Source: an uncultured Bacteroidota bacterium (lineage in GTDB: Bacteria; Bacteroidota; Bacteroidia; Bacteroidales; UBA12481). From it: a stretch of 61,634 nucleotides of DNA. The notes beneath the pieces were generated by a model that did not search any database, was not told the DNA's origin, and was given only the letters and a program-made list of their open reading frames with translations. The DNA lies in contig CAIXHD010000293.1 of NCBI GenBank assembly GCA_903919065.1, positions 1-61,634 on the forward strand. Reading direction: 5' to 3'. Shown here one piece after another: positions 61,501-61,634 of the stretch. The position numbers were made by a program, and so were the translations under genes. Positions within the stretch are counted from its first letter, which is position 1, and the number at the start of each line of letters is the position of its first letter.

Positions 61501-61634
61501 GCATAGGTATATGGTGCAACTCCCTTTGTTACAGACACATTTATCGCCCCATTGGCATCTCCGTTACAGGTAACATTGGTAATAGCCGCTGTAGCTTCCA
61601 TGGCCGGATCACCAGTGAGGGTAACATCGTCAAA
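55566..61634 (-). CDS. giant repeat adhesin (longer than 2011 aa; N-terminus beyond window edge) with SprB-type repeat, Ig-like modules, nine 85-aa tandem repeats and a T9SS CTD
   Basis: The frame is open to the window edge (..[21 protein letters not shown]). [27 protein letters not shown] is a SprB-type repeat. WY(N/A)A..GG.. Ig-like modules follow, then 9 x ISGG.TP.CYN...GT(L/F)TA.G.GG.G.YTY(L/Q)W repeats. The C-terminal [17 protein letters not shown]...[10 protein letters not shown] matches the CTD pattern. Confidence 0.85.
   Translation of the reverse strand, partial: [2022 protein letters not shown]
57700..59995 (-). repeat. nine tandem ~255-bp (85-aa) coding repeats in two interleaved subtypes
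   Basis: Subtype A carries YTYLW(Y/F)K(N/D)G. Subtype B carries YTYQW(Y/W)(S/T)T.GII(S/N)G. The order is A B A B A A B B A. Boundaries were checked at the DNA level, e.g. [15 protein letters not shown] at about 59745 and [10 protein letters not shown] at about 57690. Confidence 0.8.

Noticed and set aside
1-61634. Search for mobile-element hallmarks: integrase, transposase or phage genes, flanking direct repeats, and tRNA integration sites.
   Set aside because: None was found. The window reads as a stable chromosomal region whose novelty lies in gene combinations rather than in horizontally acquired islands. Compositional analysis was not computed.

Overview
This 61.6-kb chromosomal window is almost certainly from a Bacteroidota genome. 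The evidence: at least nine proteins end in a T9SS C-terminal sorting domain (CTD), there are five FISUMP (Fibrobacter succinogenes major paralogous, TIGR02145-type) domains, TAnnTTTG -7-type promoter motifs occur, and many proteins carry lipoprotein signals. I call about 52 protein-coding genes. Two are cut by the window edges and one is a decayed remnant. I found no rRNA, tRNA, CRISPR array, transposase, integrase or phage genes.

Gene content from left to right:
- Thioredoxin (partial), a LytS/LytTR two-component pair, and a GDPD phosphodiesterase operon.
- A DUF4405 membrane protein followed by a T9SS-tagged pentaheme cytochrome c.
- A multi-PAS histidine kinase.
- A hydrolase and a CPBP protease relic.
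- A FISUMP / NIPSNAP / URO-D-family operon.
- A T9SS cargo island: a zincin, a 1249-aa triple-FISUMP protein and an esterase.
- Housekeeping genes: a sugar-phosphate isomerase and a DEAD-box helicase.
- A 14.6-kb plus-strand array that opens with ECF sigma / anti-sigma-like / Spy-like genes. It continues through twin purple-acid-phosphatase-like enzymes, DUF2490, CotH, VTC and DUF4956, then a DUF1566x2-FGE-fold fusion and twin arylsulfotransferases.
- A minus-strand run coding for PlsC, a lipid kinase, a tetraheme cytochrome c, an FeS protein, NrfD, a CrtC-like protein, an ABC transporter, an ICMT-Lgt-like fusion and an outer-membrane protein.
- A FISUMP lipoprotein and a second URO-D-family gene.
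- An operon of a giant repeat adhesin (longer than 2011 aa, runs off the window), a DUF4402 protein and a usher-like outer-membrane protein.

Best candidates for an undescribed system:
1. The VTC + DUF4956 + CotH module with its secreted phosphatases, as a putative bacterial polyphosphate synthase/translocase system.
2. The translationally coupled cytochrome c / FeS / NrfD redox module, which lacks any catalytic subunit and is fused into an operon with a CrtC-like protein, an ABC exporter and an ICMT-Lgt-like polytopic fusion protein.
3. The adhesin / DUF4402 / usher-like operon, which has no chaperone.
4. The DUF4405 + T9SS multiheme cytochrome pair.

All functional calls rest on motif recognition by eye in the supplied translations. 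No database search or computation was run.
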